This document shows positions 32,755 to 45,180 of a DNA stretch of 64,000 bases, piece after piece. The notes beneath the pieces are model-generated. The model was given only the letters and a program-made list of their open reading frames with translations, ran no database searches and was not told the origin of the DNA. Source of the DNA: Azolla caroliniana (Eukaryota; Plantae; Polypodiophyta). Where the stretch lies: the NCBI GenBank assembly GCA_043228905.1, contig JBHGNT010000010.1:13578001-13642000 (forward strand). Direction: 5' to 3'. Position 1 is the stretch's first letter, and each line of letters starts with the position of its first letter. The position numbers were made by a program, and so were the translations under genes.

Positions 32755-35505
32755 GACTTGGTGAAGATGTCGGCGTTCTTCCGATCTGTTGGAACATACT
32801 GAAGATCGACTTCACTCGAGAGGACACGCTCGCGGACAAAGTGGTAGTGCTGCTCAATGTGCTTAGTCCGGGCATGAAAGATGGGGTTCTTTGCAAGTTG
32901 GATGCTGCTGAGGTTGTCGCAGTAGATCTTCGTCGGATCGGAGACCTCCACCTGCAGATCCTTAAGTAGCCGCTTCAGCCATATGGCTTCGCATGTTGCG
33001 ACAACCACTCCTCGATACTCGGCTTCTGTGCTCGACATTGCAACTGTCGGCTGCTTCTTGCTACTCCACGCGATCGCGGCGCTCCCAAGGGAGAATGCGA
33101 ATCCGGATGTGGATTGGCGATCGTCGGCGTTTCCAGCCCAGTTCGTGTCTGTATAGCCGACTAGCTGTGCGACAGTACTAGTCCGATATAGTAGCCCCGG
33201 TCCTTAGTGCCACTGATGTACTTGAGTACACGTTGTGCGCACTAAAGGTGCTCCTCAGTTGGCCGCGCCATGAATTGACTAATCAAGCGGACCAGGTAAC
33301 TGAGGTCCGGCCGGGTGATAGTCAAGTATATGAGGCTTCCGACAATCTGTCGGAAACTTTTCGGGTCGCCGACCTTTCCAGAGTCAGGGGGAAGCTTCAC
33401 GGTTCTGTCCAAAGGAGTTGAGACGGACTTACAGTCTGCCATCCCGAACTTGAAGAGCATACTCAACACGTAATGCCATTGGCTGATTAGTATGCCTTCG
33501 AGGGTTTGGATCACTTCGATCCCGAGAAAGTAATGAAGGTCCCCCAGGTCCTTCATATCAAATGATGTCGCAAGTTGGAGCTTCACGCGGTCAATTTCAC
33601 CTAGGTTGACGCCAGCGATGACCAAATCATCAACATAAATTAAAATACTAACCTGCCCATGTCGACCTTGCAGGACGAACAATGAAGAGTTTGATTTGGA
33701 TGTTGCAAATCCCATCTGCGCAAACGTTGCGTGATCTTCGCGTTCCAGGCACACGGGGCTTGCTTTAGTTCGTAAAGGGACTTCTTTAACCGGCATACCA
33801 TCGAAGTGTTCGTTCCGGAGTGAAATCTGGGGGGTTGTAACATGTACACTTGTTCCTCAAGCTCGCCTTGCAGGAATGCATTCTTTACATCCATCTGATG
33901 TAAGTGCCACCCCTTCGCCGCAGCTACCGCAAGCAAAACACAGATGGCCGTCATGTTCGCGACCGACACAAACGTCTCATCGTAATCAATGTCGTGTTGT
34001 TGCGTGTAGCCTTTTGTTATTAACCGGGCCTTGTATCAGTTCACCGAGCCGTCAATGTTGTGCTTGACCTTGTACACACACCTGCATCCAATCGGCTTTA
34101 CACCCTTGGGGGCGTCAACCAGGTCCCAGGTTTCATTCTCCGCAAGTGCGTTCATCTCTTCCTCCATGGCGGCACGCCAATTCGCGTGCTTTGCCAATTC
34201 TACGTAGCTCTCCGGCTCACGCACTTCCGCTACGCATGTCATGTATGCATAGTGATGCGCCATGTACTTGTATCCGAACCGCACAACAGGGTTCTTTTGG
34301 CGGGTAGATCGGCGTAATTGCGCATTAGCTGATGTTGAGGCCATTCTGGCCAACGTAGACTTCACTCTTGAATGCCTGTCATCACTCTTCTCGAAGTCGG
34401 ATTCGTTTCGATTCGACTCTTCCCTATCCGTGCCATACTTTGGCATCTTCTTCTTTCCCATTTCTTTGCGTAAGCCGTCTCTTCGGCTTCTTGCGCGGGG
34501 AATGCACGGCCGAGTCTCCACTACTTTCCGGCTCTTCATCTGATTGATCAAACTGATCGAGTTGTTCATTCAGTCCACTTCGCCGCAATGAGATCGGACT
34601 CTCTTCAAGAGTTCCGACTTTGCGTTCATCACAAGGCATCTCAGTTTCGCTGACCTCATCTTCAGAACTCGAATTGGAGTTGGGGTCCGGAGTCAAAGGC
34701 AATTACGAAGACGCGGACTCATCGAACACAACATCGCGACTTACGCGAGCTTGTTTGGTTCGAGGGTTATAACACTTATAACTCTTCTGTTCGTCCGAGT
34801 AGCCGACGAAGATACACTTCTCGGCTTTTGCATCCAGCTTCCTCCACTTCTCCTTCGCCACATGCACATATGCGATGCTACCGAAAACCCTCAAGTTTCG
34901 TATATTCGGCTTCATTCCGAAATACAGCTCATGTGCCGACACTTTTTCGCCGATCCGATTCTAGATGTAGATTGCGGTTCGGACCGCTTCGGCCCAATAG
35001 AACTTGGGCATGCTCTTTTCTTCCAGCATTGCCCGTGCCGCTTCCACAACCGACCGATTCTTCCTTTCGGCTACGTCATTTTGCTCCGGCGTATACCTAC
35101 AACTGAATTTGCGTTGAAATCCCATTTGTTGCACATAATTGTTGAATTGGCCGAAAAAGTACTATTTTCTGCCATCCGACCGCAAACACTTGATCGTCCT
35201 CCCTGTTTCCCTTTCAACAAGATTTTTGAGGGTCCGGAAACAGTCGAAGACTTCACTCTTCTTTTCGATGAGGTGGATCCATGTGTGCCGGGTGTGTTCG
35301 TGGATGAAGGAGATGAAATATTGACTCCTGCCAAGACTCACGTTCTGTGCCAGTCCCCATACATCTGAATGTATCAAGTCAAGCTTATTTCGGCTCCAAT
35401 TATGCTCGTTGGGGAAAGGAAGTCGGTGTTGCTTCCCTAGCTATCAAGCTTCACAAATTTGGGCCTTTCGACCACTGAATTTTGGCAATCCGAACACAAC
35501 TTTAG
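32755..35505 (-). pseudogene. Decayed integrase-RT-RNase H of Copia H
   Basis: [53 protein letters not shown], with many stops and frameshifts. Confidence 0.92.
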
Positions 35506-35605
35506 ATTATGTACAAGTTTATTTACAATGCACGCACATCTGTGCACGTAGCTATACACACGCCCACATCCCCGTTTCACCTCGTAGCCGGTTTTCCTCA
35601 TGACA
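35506..35605 (-). repeat. ~100 bp fragment of a Phygy-type LTR start at the inversion breakpoint
   Basis: Minus strand begins TGTCATGAGGAAAACCG, resembling the LTR start TGTCGTGAAGAAAACCG of element K. Confidence 0.55.
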
Positions 35606-37277
35606 TCCGCTTCACATGCAGCCACCGCCACACCCCTGTATTCAGCCTCTGTGCTTGAAAGAGTGAAAAATTGGTTGCTTCTTGCTACTCCAAGAGATGG
35701 ATCCACTTTCGAGGAAGAAGACGAAACGAGAGGTTGATCGTTGTTCGACTTTGTAGCCGGTGCAGTTGGCATTTGTGTACCCTTTGAGGTGAATTGGCAT
35801 GGCCGACTTATAGAGAATGCCATAGTTCATCGTTCTACTCACGTATCGTACCACTCTCTTAGCACAATCCGAATGGATATCTCGTGGAGTTTGCATGAAT
35901 TGGCTAAGGAGGCCGACTAGATAGCTCATGTCGGGTCAAGTGATCGTGAGGTAGATGAGTCTCCTGATCAGTTGTCGATACTGAGTCGGTTCACACTCTG
36001 TGGTGCTGGAGCCGGCATCTAGTTTGAGGTTTCAATCGTGAGGGGTTGCAACAGATTTTCACTCGGTTAGCCCGAACTTGTATAACAAGTTCACGATGTA
36101 GTGCCATTGAGAGATTATTATTCCGGTTGGAGTCCGGATAACATCAATGCCAAGGAAGTAATGGAGCTCTTTCATGTCCGTCATCTCGAATTTGCTGGAG
36201 AGGAGGGACTTGACGTTGTTGATTTCGACTAGATGCTCACCTCCAATGACCAGATCATCCATGTATAGGATGATGACAATCAGGCTTTCGGAATCGCTTC
36301 TTACATAGAGAGAATTGTTGGATTTTGACATTCGGAAGCCGATTCGATGAAGATATTGTGTTATCTTCGAGTGCCAAGCATGTCGTGCTTGCTTAAGCCC
36401 GTAGAGAGGCTTCTTGAGTTGGTAGAAGTCTTTCGAATGAATGTTGGATTCAAATCCAGGTGTTTGTACCATGTACACCTCTTCTAATTCGCCTTGAAGA
36501 AAAGTGTTCTTGATATCCATCTGTTGGAGGTGCCACCCTTTCGTTGCAGCAAGCACTATTACGGTTCACACAGTTGTTATCATTGCCACTGGGGCAAAGG
36601 TCTCTTCATAGTTGATTCCTTGTGTTTGTGCATAGCCCTTTGCTACGAGTCGAGCTTTGTAGCCGTTGATGGAACCGTCTGCATTATACTTCACTTTGTA
36701 TATCCATCTGTAGCCGATTGCCTTCCTCTGCAGTGGCTGAGGGAGGAGATCCCATGTCTCGTTCTTGCTGAGAGCTTGCATCTCCTCATTCATCACTTCA
36801 ACCCATCACGGATCTTTAACAGCTTCGGCAAAGCTCTCCGGTTCTCGAACTGCTGCCACCTTCATCATAAAGGCATAGTGATATGCCATATAGTCGTTGT
36901 AGCCGAATCGACTAACCAAATTCTTCTCTCGGGTGGCGCGACATAGTTTCTCATTTGCCGATGTGAGTGCTTTCTTAACTCCGAGTAACCTCACAAGAGG
37001 CACATCCAAGCCATCGAACTCACTATCGAGTGAGTGAGTCGATTCATTGTTGTCGACATAATCATCTTCATATTCCGGCATTTTGGCCTTCCCTTTGTCC
37101 ATATTTGGACTTGATCGAGATATTCTTTGATTGCTTAGAGGCTCTTGTGGTTCGCTCAATCTGGTCGAGATTGGGCTCTCTTCGAGTATTGACCTTAGTT
37201 GATAATCGTCTTCTGTGTTGTCGAGATCGTTCATAGATGGTTCGGGAGGAGTCGGCTCAGGTTTGTACCATGAGGTC
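35606..37277 (-). pseudogene. Inverted 3' continuation of Copia G (linker, RT, start of RNase H)
   Basis: Begins with GACCT on the minus strand and continues the G frame (DVVSDELT|SWYKPEP). RT motifs QQMDIKNTFLQG and LYMDDLV. Confidence 0.85.
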
Positions 37278-38205
37278 TGTTGAGACACAAGCTCAATATT
37301 GGCCGGACCAGTGCATAAACCGGTGCGCAACAAGAGGCCGGATCGGTGCAGAAACCGGGAGGCCATTGAACAGATATTCCGCGAGGGAATATATTTGGGA
37401 GTTAGTGTATGAGCTCAGTTATGAGCATTGAAGTACGTCTCAGTACTTCTGTTAGTTCGTATGGACTTGTATAAAAGTGCCCTCTGAGCACATCCTATGT
37501 ACAGAGTTTTACACATTATTTTGAATTCAGTTTCTTCTGTGTGTTATTTTTCCTCTCTGTCTCTCACACATACATCGTGTCTTAAGGTCTCCATTAAACC
37601 TGTTGTTTCCTCCTGTTGGTATTCTGTGTGTCATATAGCTTCCGCACGTCACATTTCACATGGTATCAGAGCGTGAGGGTTGAGAACCTCTACAGCCGAC
37701 TTCAGCTCGAAACACACAAAAAAAAAAACTAACTAATCTCGGTGAAGAACAGAAAGGAAAAAATTGATAGAGGTACGACTAGCTCGCTTCCAACTAAGAA
37801 GCTCGACAGAAGTAACTATGCATCTTGGTCGTTCAAGATGCACCAATACCTACTTGGACATGGATACTGGAGCTATGTCGATGGAGCGAATGATGCAGCA
37901 CCCGAATCGACACACAGAGATTTCCCCATCTGGGAATAGTCGGCGAGCAGGGTTCTCTACTGCTTCGCGTCCTGTGTGAGCAAACAACTCTTGAGCTACA
38001 TTTGGGATGAAAGAACACCGAAGGATGCTTGGGGAAATCTAAAAAAGATTTTCGCCGCAAGCACCGACAGGAGTTGAGCAATGTGCGTCAACGTGATATG
38101 ACGGTGGCTGACTACACCTCCAAGATAAAGGATATCTGTGACTCTCTCGCCTCCATCGATGTGAACGTTGAGTAGGGAGAAATGGTGTAGATCTGCCTCA
38201 GAGGA
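37278..38205 (+). mobile_element. Inverted 5' part of Copia H: 5' LTR 37278-37660, PBS 37661-37672, truncated gag
   Basis: LTR pairs with 26811-27193; TGGTATCAGAGC; gag SSLPTKKLDRSNYASW, cut at ICL. Confidence 0.9.
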
Positions 38206-38206
38206 T

Positions 38207-41200
38207 TCGTGCGTGCGTGGAGAACGAGGCGGGACCACTAGGTTCTTGGACCGAGAAATAACTGAGAAGGAGGAGAACAGAAAGGCAATGGACGCGCTTG
38301 CACACACAGACACAGGAGCACATAGGAATCACGGTCCAACAACACAGCAAAACGAGACGACTAGAAGTCTGAGTATATGAACACGTATGTATATAAATAT
38401 ATATATGTATCGAGACGGTTACAACTAACAGGCCGGCAAGGCGAACACCGACGCCTGTTCATTCACACACAGAAGAGCGAGATGGAGACTCTGCCGGAAG
38501 CACACGGGAGTTCCACAGAGCGTAGTCAGCCTCCCGAAAACCTACGCAGAAAGGGCTATGGAGAGTGGTAGAGGAGAAGGGCTCGGTCCCAGTCCGGCAA
38601 CACTTCATCCTCTCTAACGCGCGATCCCTTTTCCATTCCTCTCCCTCTCTTTTATAGCCCAAGGAGGGAGGCCGTTATCATCCGTTACATCGTATTAATT
38701 CTCTGTCCTTTCGGACAGAGATACACCTCGATTCTCTCCCTATTGAATGCGTGCTACCTAGGATTTCACCTCAGCCAGCTTGTACCTACCTACTTACTAT
38801 ACAACGAAAAGTGTGCTTGCGTGTAAGGGCCGTTTTCCACACGCTCAACTCGATTTCCGCCTAGGGACGGTTTTCTTCACGACATCCACCGGTATGCGCC
38901 AAAATTGGGCTCCTGCTGGAGAAAACCGGTCCATGCTTTTACTCCTCGTCTTCCGGTTTGTCATCCGCCTCAGACCGCCCGTCCTCGCCATCCATGCTTT
39001 CTAGATCCGGCTCGCACTCGTGTCGTTTCTTAAACGCTTTGACCCTCTTCCCCGCTACCAGTATTGTCATCCTCGTACCGTCGAGCTCCGCAAGATGGTA
39101 GGTCCCGTTGTCATTGGCGCCTGTCACCACGTAAGGCCCGAACCACCTCCTTGCAAACTTCCGCGTTGCCCTGTGCTGGTTGTCGAGGATGTTGTCATAC
39201 ACTAGGACCCAATCGCCTTCCTCGATTTTCTTCGGTCGCAGTCGGCGAGCCCGATCAAACTACCCTTTGTTCTTCAACCTTGCCAACCGAAGCTTCTCCG
39301 TGGCTCCATCCACGTCCTTCGGCCTTCGCTCGAGCTGTCGAATCCGTGGTGCTAGCATCTCCTCCCGGCTCATCTTATCTCTCCAGTCCACCGTGGCCCA
39401 TGAGGAGATTGTTCGCTTTGTTGGCATGATCAGCCTCTGTCCGTACATAAGCTCTGCCAACATGAACCCAGTTACCGAACTGTGCGTAGTTCGGTCTGCC
39501 CACAAGGCATAAGGTAACAGTCGCGGCCAGTTCTCGACATGGCCTTCACACGCCCGTACTAGTGCTTTGACGATCGGCCCGTGTCCACGCTCCACCTTCC
39601 CGTTAGCCTCCGGATTGTACGCCGTGGTGAGCGAGAGTTTGACCCCTAGTCGGCGTACAATCCAACCCTCTGCGGTCAGCCATGATCCTCCCGACGCACC
39701 CGTACCTACACACTACCTCTTCGAGCAGGAACCGGCATACCGCCGCGGTTGTCTTGTTCTGCAGTGCCCGGCCTTCCACCTGGTTCGTTAAGTCTTCCCA
39801 CGCAAGCACCAGGTATCGCATCTGTCCAACTGCCATCGGCATCGTCACCATGTCCACCATCCACTTGAAATGGACAGTCGGAGGGTAGGTTGGGTGAAGC
39901 TCGTCCCAGTGGCGGACTGTGGAGTGCATTTGACAGCTTTCGCAAGTCGTCACGAACTGATGCACGTTCCGGTACAGTCCTGGCCACCAGTACTTCCCTT
40001 TTAGCTTCTCGAACGTGGCCCACGTTCCGCGGTGTTCGGCCCAGGGACTCTCGTGGTAGGCCTCCAACAATTCCTTCTACTCCTCCTTCTTCGCCACCAC
40101 TCGGAGCGGGATGCTGTCCCTCTTCTTCGGGTGCTTCCATATGTACCCGTCCCGAAGGAAAAATCGGTATGCTTTCTTCCCGATCCGGTTGGTCTCTTCC
40201 TTTGTCCATGCCGCGTCCGGTGTCATTGTTTTCAGGAGCCCACTGATCTAGAGCCACTCCCCGTCATACTTGCTCTCGTCGAATTCGTTAAGCGCCGGAG
40301 TGCTCCCCTTTCTGGTTGTCACGTATGCCGCCTCGAAGAAATCTACGACGACTTCCTCGTCCTCCGAAACCATGCCGTCCTCATTTTCGAACCTCGCCCT
40401 TGAGAGCATGTCAGCTATGGCATTGTCTTTTCCGGAAATGTGTCGTATCTCCGGATTCAGGGACTTGATGTACGCTATCCACCTGAGCATTGCTAGGTCC
40501 AGCGTCGCACATCCGGAAACCATGCCGAGAATCGGTAGGCAGTCCGTCTCTATTATTACCTCTGTCCCGATCAGGTAGTCTTTATCGGCCTTCACCGCCG
40601 AAACGATACCCCAGAGTTCGCATTTAACCTGGGCGTATCCTTGTTGTCACTCATTGAGGACCTTCGCGCCGAACCGGATGGGGAACCTCGTGCCAACGTC
40701 ATCCTCTTGGTTGATCACCCATCCGATCCCGGTCGGACTCGTGTCTACGGTTACGTAAATCAGAGTGTCTTTGCCGTAGACAGCCTTTCGAAGTGTCGAT
40801 GCCATGGCAAGTGCTTCCTTCATCTTTCGGACTGACTCCGTATGCTCGTCTCCCCACTCGAATTTACGCCCTTTCTTCAGCAACCCATACAATGGCTTCG
40901 CGACGTGGGCGTAATGCGGGATCCAGATATGGTAGAACGCGCATCCTCCCAAGAATCTCTCCGAACCTCCGTAACCGAATTGCAGTTATGTTTCATCGCG
41001 GAGATGGCTTCCAGCTTGGCTGGACACGGCTTCTGACTGTAAGGTCCGCATAGGTGCCCGATGACCATGATCTCTGATTGCCCAAAGGCCGAATTTTCCC
41101 CAGAGAAGGTGAGCCTCGCGCCTTCTAGTCTCTGCAGCACCTTCTCACAGTCATCGATGTGAGTCGCCACGAAATTCCGACATCCGTCCGGTCTAATTGT

Positions 41201-44200
41201 CTCGTCCTTTTCCTCCACCGGGCATCCCCCGATCGGGATGTCGTCTAAGAATGGCATGGTGATGTCCGGGATACAATCCCTGAGCACTTTGTTCATCGCG
41301 TTCACCATGTGAGCCACCGAGTTCGTCCCTCCTTGTGGTAGGGTACACATCCGCACTAGGGCGAGAGGAGTCCGCATCGTCGTAATGTCTCTGCTCTCCA
41401 CGGCTAGTTGGAATTGATCGTACCCCGAATACAGATCACCGACAGAGTAAATCGACCTTCCGGCGAAGGCCTTCGCGAACTCGTCTATGGTTGGTCTGAT
41501 TCTTGCGTTTTGAATGGTCACCTTGTTGACCGGTTGCAAGTCCTGAATGAAGCGCAGTGTGCCGTTCTTCTTTGGCACCGTAAACCACCGGTTCGAATAC
41601 AGGGCACTCGACGGTTCGAGGATGCCCATCTCCACCTTTTTCTTCAGAAGCTCTATCAACTTCGGGATGTGAGCTCTCGGCACCGGAATTGGTTTGAGAT
41701 TCCACAGTACATGCGGTACTGTGAAGATCACCATCAGTTCGACGATCGTCGGGTCCATGCACCCCATCTCCCCCGGCGAGAACGCGACGGCTTTCCCATG
41801 CCTTCCGAGCATTCTCCGAAACCTGTTCTCCTCTGCCGCCAGTAGAAAGCCACCCCCACCGACCTTGAGCTTTCGTAGCGTTATGTCGGTGAACCAGTGC
41901 CCTATGCCAGCCGGATTCCATAAACTTGGGTCCATAAACTTGGGTCCGGCAAGGGTGCCGCTACTGGCCTCACCTTCCGGTCCACAATCTTGTACTTCGT
42001 GTCCACCCGGGCCTTTCGATCCGACGCGAGCCCGTTACAGAAGTCGGCGATGACTTTGTACATCCTTTCCGAACATACCGGAATCGTCCGGTCCTCTTTA
42101 AGGCCTCCTTCGACCACATCTCGTAAATGTCCCAAGGTGACGTCGAAGGAGACCGCCTCCACGGGTCCGCTAATTTCCTCTCCAGGGCCGAGGACTCCGC
42201 ATGCCCAAAGTCGCTCCTCCGCCCTCTTCTTCTCCCAGCCAATGACGCCGGCAATCGTACAACCCCCGCTATCGGAGAACCAAAATTTCCTACCGATGGT
42301 ACAAGTCTTCTTCCCTACTGTACATTTGTGGGGTTTTTCCAGGGTGTTCGGACTATCACGGCCCCACGCCTTGATAGCCCTCTCTAAAAATCCCCTCGGG
42401 TTTCGCCACTGAGGGTCTCGCGGTTACGCTCATGGTTTGGTCGCACCGTCAGGAACTGGACCGAGTGACACCCGTCCTGGCTCTTGACTCTTGCATAGGC
42501 CGAACTGTTGTCCAGCACCTTGGTCTCCATTCGCGCCGCCGTGATGTATGGTTCTCCTAGTATAACCGGATGTGAGGACGTCTCCTGCATGAAGAAGTGT
42601 TGGTCGATCTCAGTATCGTTGATTTTCACCCTTACGTTCGGGCAGGCTCCATGTAGTTCTTCCATGGCGCGTGTCGCTGCCCATATTTTCCATCCATGTT
42701 TGGTGTTGATTGGCCATTTCCCCCTTTGTAGAAGTTCATGGACATCAAGTTGATTTCTAAACCGTGGTCCACCAACGCCACCATCGACTCCTGGACATCC
42801 TTGATCTTAACAGGGGTCTCCGTGGTCGCTCTGGCCCAGTGCGGCCTCAAATAGTGGCTCTCCGCAAACTCATCTTCTAGTGCCATGTCCTCTATGTGCG
42901 TCGTTCGCACTACCACCGACTTCTCCGGCTCTGGTTTTGTCGACAGCCTCTTCTTCTACACCAAGTCTACAATGGAGTCATGGAACTCCTTGGCGATTGC
43001 GAGCACTTCCCTCAGCGACAACTCCACTTTGTTGTCGAGGATACGTTCCTCCAGGACCTTTCGCAGGTCTGTGGTCCTTTCGATTTCCGTGCTCAACTTG
43101 TACCCGGCCTTCTTGGCTTTATCAAGTGCGCCGGTCGCATCAGCCTCATTCTGCCTTTGACCGAATCGGGTCTCATACCGTTGCGAGGGCCCCGCCCCTC
43201 CGGATTTACCTACTCGCTTGTCTTCCACCAGAGCCTCATAGTTCTGGCATGCAGCTTCAACAAAGCCCGTCTTCTCTTCGACCGGGTCACTCCACCCGGT
43301 TACCTCCCAGACCCGTTTTCCCGCGCGGTCCGCTTCTTCTTTCCTTAGCCGTGCGCCGGCGAGGCCTTCCAGCATCAACGGCCAAAATCCAGTTTCATTC
43401 GTCATCTGGGCCTCACCACCTCTGACCCGGATCCCAGCCGACGCCGAGTAGTGGACGGTCTCCGCGTGGCAAGCCGCCGCATCTTCCATCAGCCGTTTCA
43501 TACCCCCTCGTCCGACATTCAGGTCCAGGGCCCTTCGGGTCTCGCTAGCGTGCACCCGACCGTTCCATAGGTACACCACGTTGGCTCTCATTGCCTCGGC
43601 GAAGTCCCCGCAGTCCTTCCGGACATGGTTGACTGCGTCGCACCACAAACACCGGTTTCCAGCCAGAGGACTTCGGTCACGGGCCTGTTCGCCGCCGTCC
43701 CTCCGTGCCTGTGCAATCTGGAGGTCCATTACCATCCTAGTCAGCTCCTCTAGAGCTGCTCCTCCGGACGAGCCTTTGACCATGACGGTCAAAGTCGATC
43801 CGGTCTCGAGCCAGTCTCGGGTCTCTTCCCTTCGCGCTGGCGGGGTTGGCTCGAGTTTCCTCACTGGTACAAATCCTGCCCTCGTTGATCCTTTATCAAC
43901 CCACTCTCATCGTTTGTTGAAACGGCCACAGACTCTCTTCACCACGGCCCAGTCGGCCGTCAGCCCGTCATCAGTCTCCAGCAGGAGACCCACTTGCTCC
44001 CGGTCCCTCGCATCCACCGACTTAACGGACAACAGGACGCGACTTGTGTCTAGTACGGTTCGGTCGAGCGCCGACGGACGCGCGAAGCGTTCTTCAAACT
44101 CCCGGAGGAGCACCAACGCGTTTGTCCTGTTTTCGGGGGTCTCTACCCATTCCATGAAGTCCCTTTTCGAGAGCCGAAGCACGTCTTCAAGCCCGTATTT

Positions 44201-45180
44201 TTCGAGGAGCCGACCTTCAAACTCTTCCCAGGTCTGGCTCTCAGCCCGTACCTCAAGCACCTCCGCATGGATGCCTGGTATCGCCACCCGAGGGAATCCG
44301 GTCAATCGCCTTTCTTCCGGAATGTCTCTCATTACCATCTCGGCCTGGTAGGCCTCCAAATAGCTCGTGGTGTCTTTCCCACCGAACCGGCCTATCATGC
44401 CGATGACCGCTTCAATAGCCCTATCGAGGGCGCCTACGCCTTCGTGCGCACTCACTATCCGATCCACAGCCGAAGCCATGGCTTCCGCGAGGTCCAACCC
44501 CCTCATCTTTCTATTCCTCTGTCGCCTGTTCACGTCGGGTTCACCAAATGTGTCGCGTTGTTACGCGCGTATGTGGAGAACGAGGCGGGACCAGCGGGGT
44601 CTTGGACCGAGAAATAGCTGAGAAGGAGGAGAACGGAAAGGCAACAGACGCGCTTGCACACACACAGACACGGGAGCACACAGGAATCACGGTCCAACAA
44701 CAAAGCAAAATGAGACGACTAGAAGTCTGAGTATATGAACACGTATGTATATAAATATATATATGTATCGAGACGGTTACAACTAACAGGCCGGCAAGGC
44801 GAACACCGATGCCTGTTCATTCACACACAGAAGAGCGAGATGGAGACTCTGCCGGAAGACACGGGCGTTCCATGGAGCGGAGTCGGCCTCCCGAAAACCT
44901 ACGCAAAAAGGGCTATGGAGAGTGGTAGAGGAGAAGGGCTCGGTCCCTTTTCCATTCCTCTCCCTCTCTTTTATAGCCCAAGGAGGGAGGCCGTTATCAT
45001 CCGTTACATCGTATTAATTCTCTGTCCTTTCGGACAGAGATACACCTCGATTCTCTCCCTATTGAATGCGTGCTACCTAGGATTTCACCTCAGCCAGCTT
45101 GTACCTACCTACTTGCGTGTAAGGGCCGGTTTCCACACGCTCAACTCAGTTTCCGCCTAGGGACGGTTTTCTTCAGCACA
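38207..45180 (-). mobile_element. Decayed GC-rich Gypsy element K (Phygy-like, non-chromoviral)
   Basis: LTRs ~38207-38884 (outer end clipped) and ~44551-45180; gag from 44533, protease ALVDHGLEIN, RT PFLDD, RNase H VTVDTSPTGIG, integrase HFKWMVDMV and GPY motif. The flanks belong to different elements and there is no TSD. The lineage name is from recall. Confidence 0.9.
44529..44546 (-). other. Primer-binding site, tRNA-Trp (TGGTGAACCCGACGTGAA)
   Basis: 18 nt complementary to the 3' end of plant cytosolic tRNA-Trp as recalled (..UUCACGUCGGGUUCACCA); identical site at 63206-63223. Confidence 0.85.

Noticed and set aside
38207-45180. TSD around element K
   Set aside because: The left LTR end is clipped and the two flanks come from different elements, so no TSD can be called.
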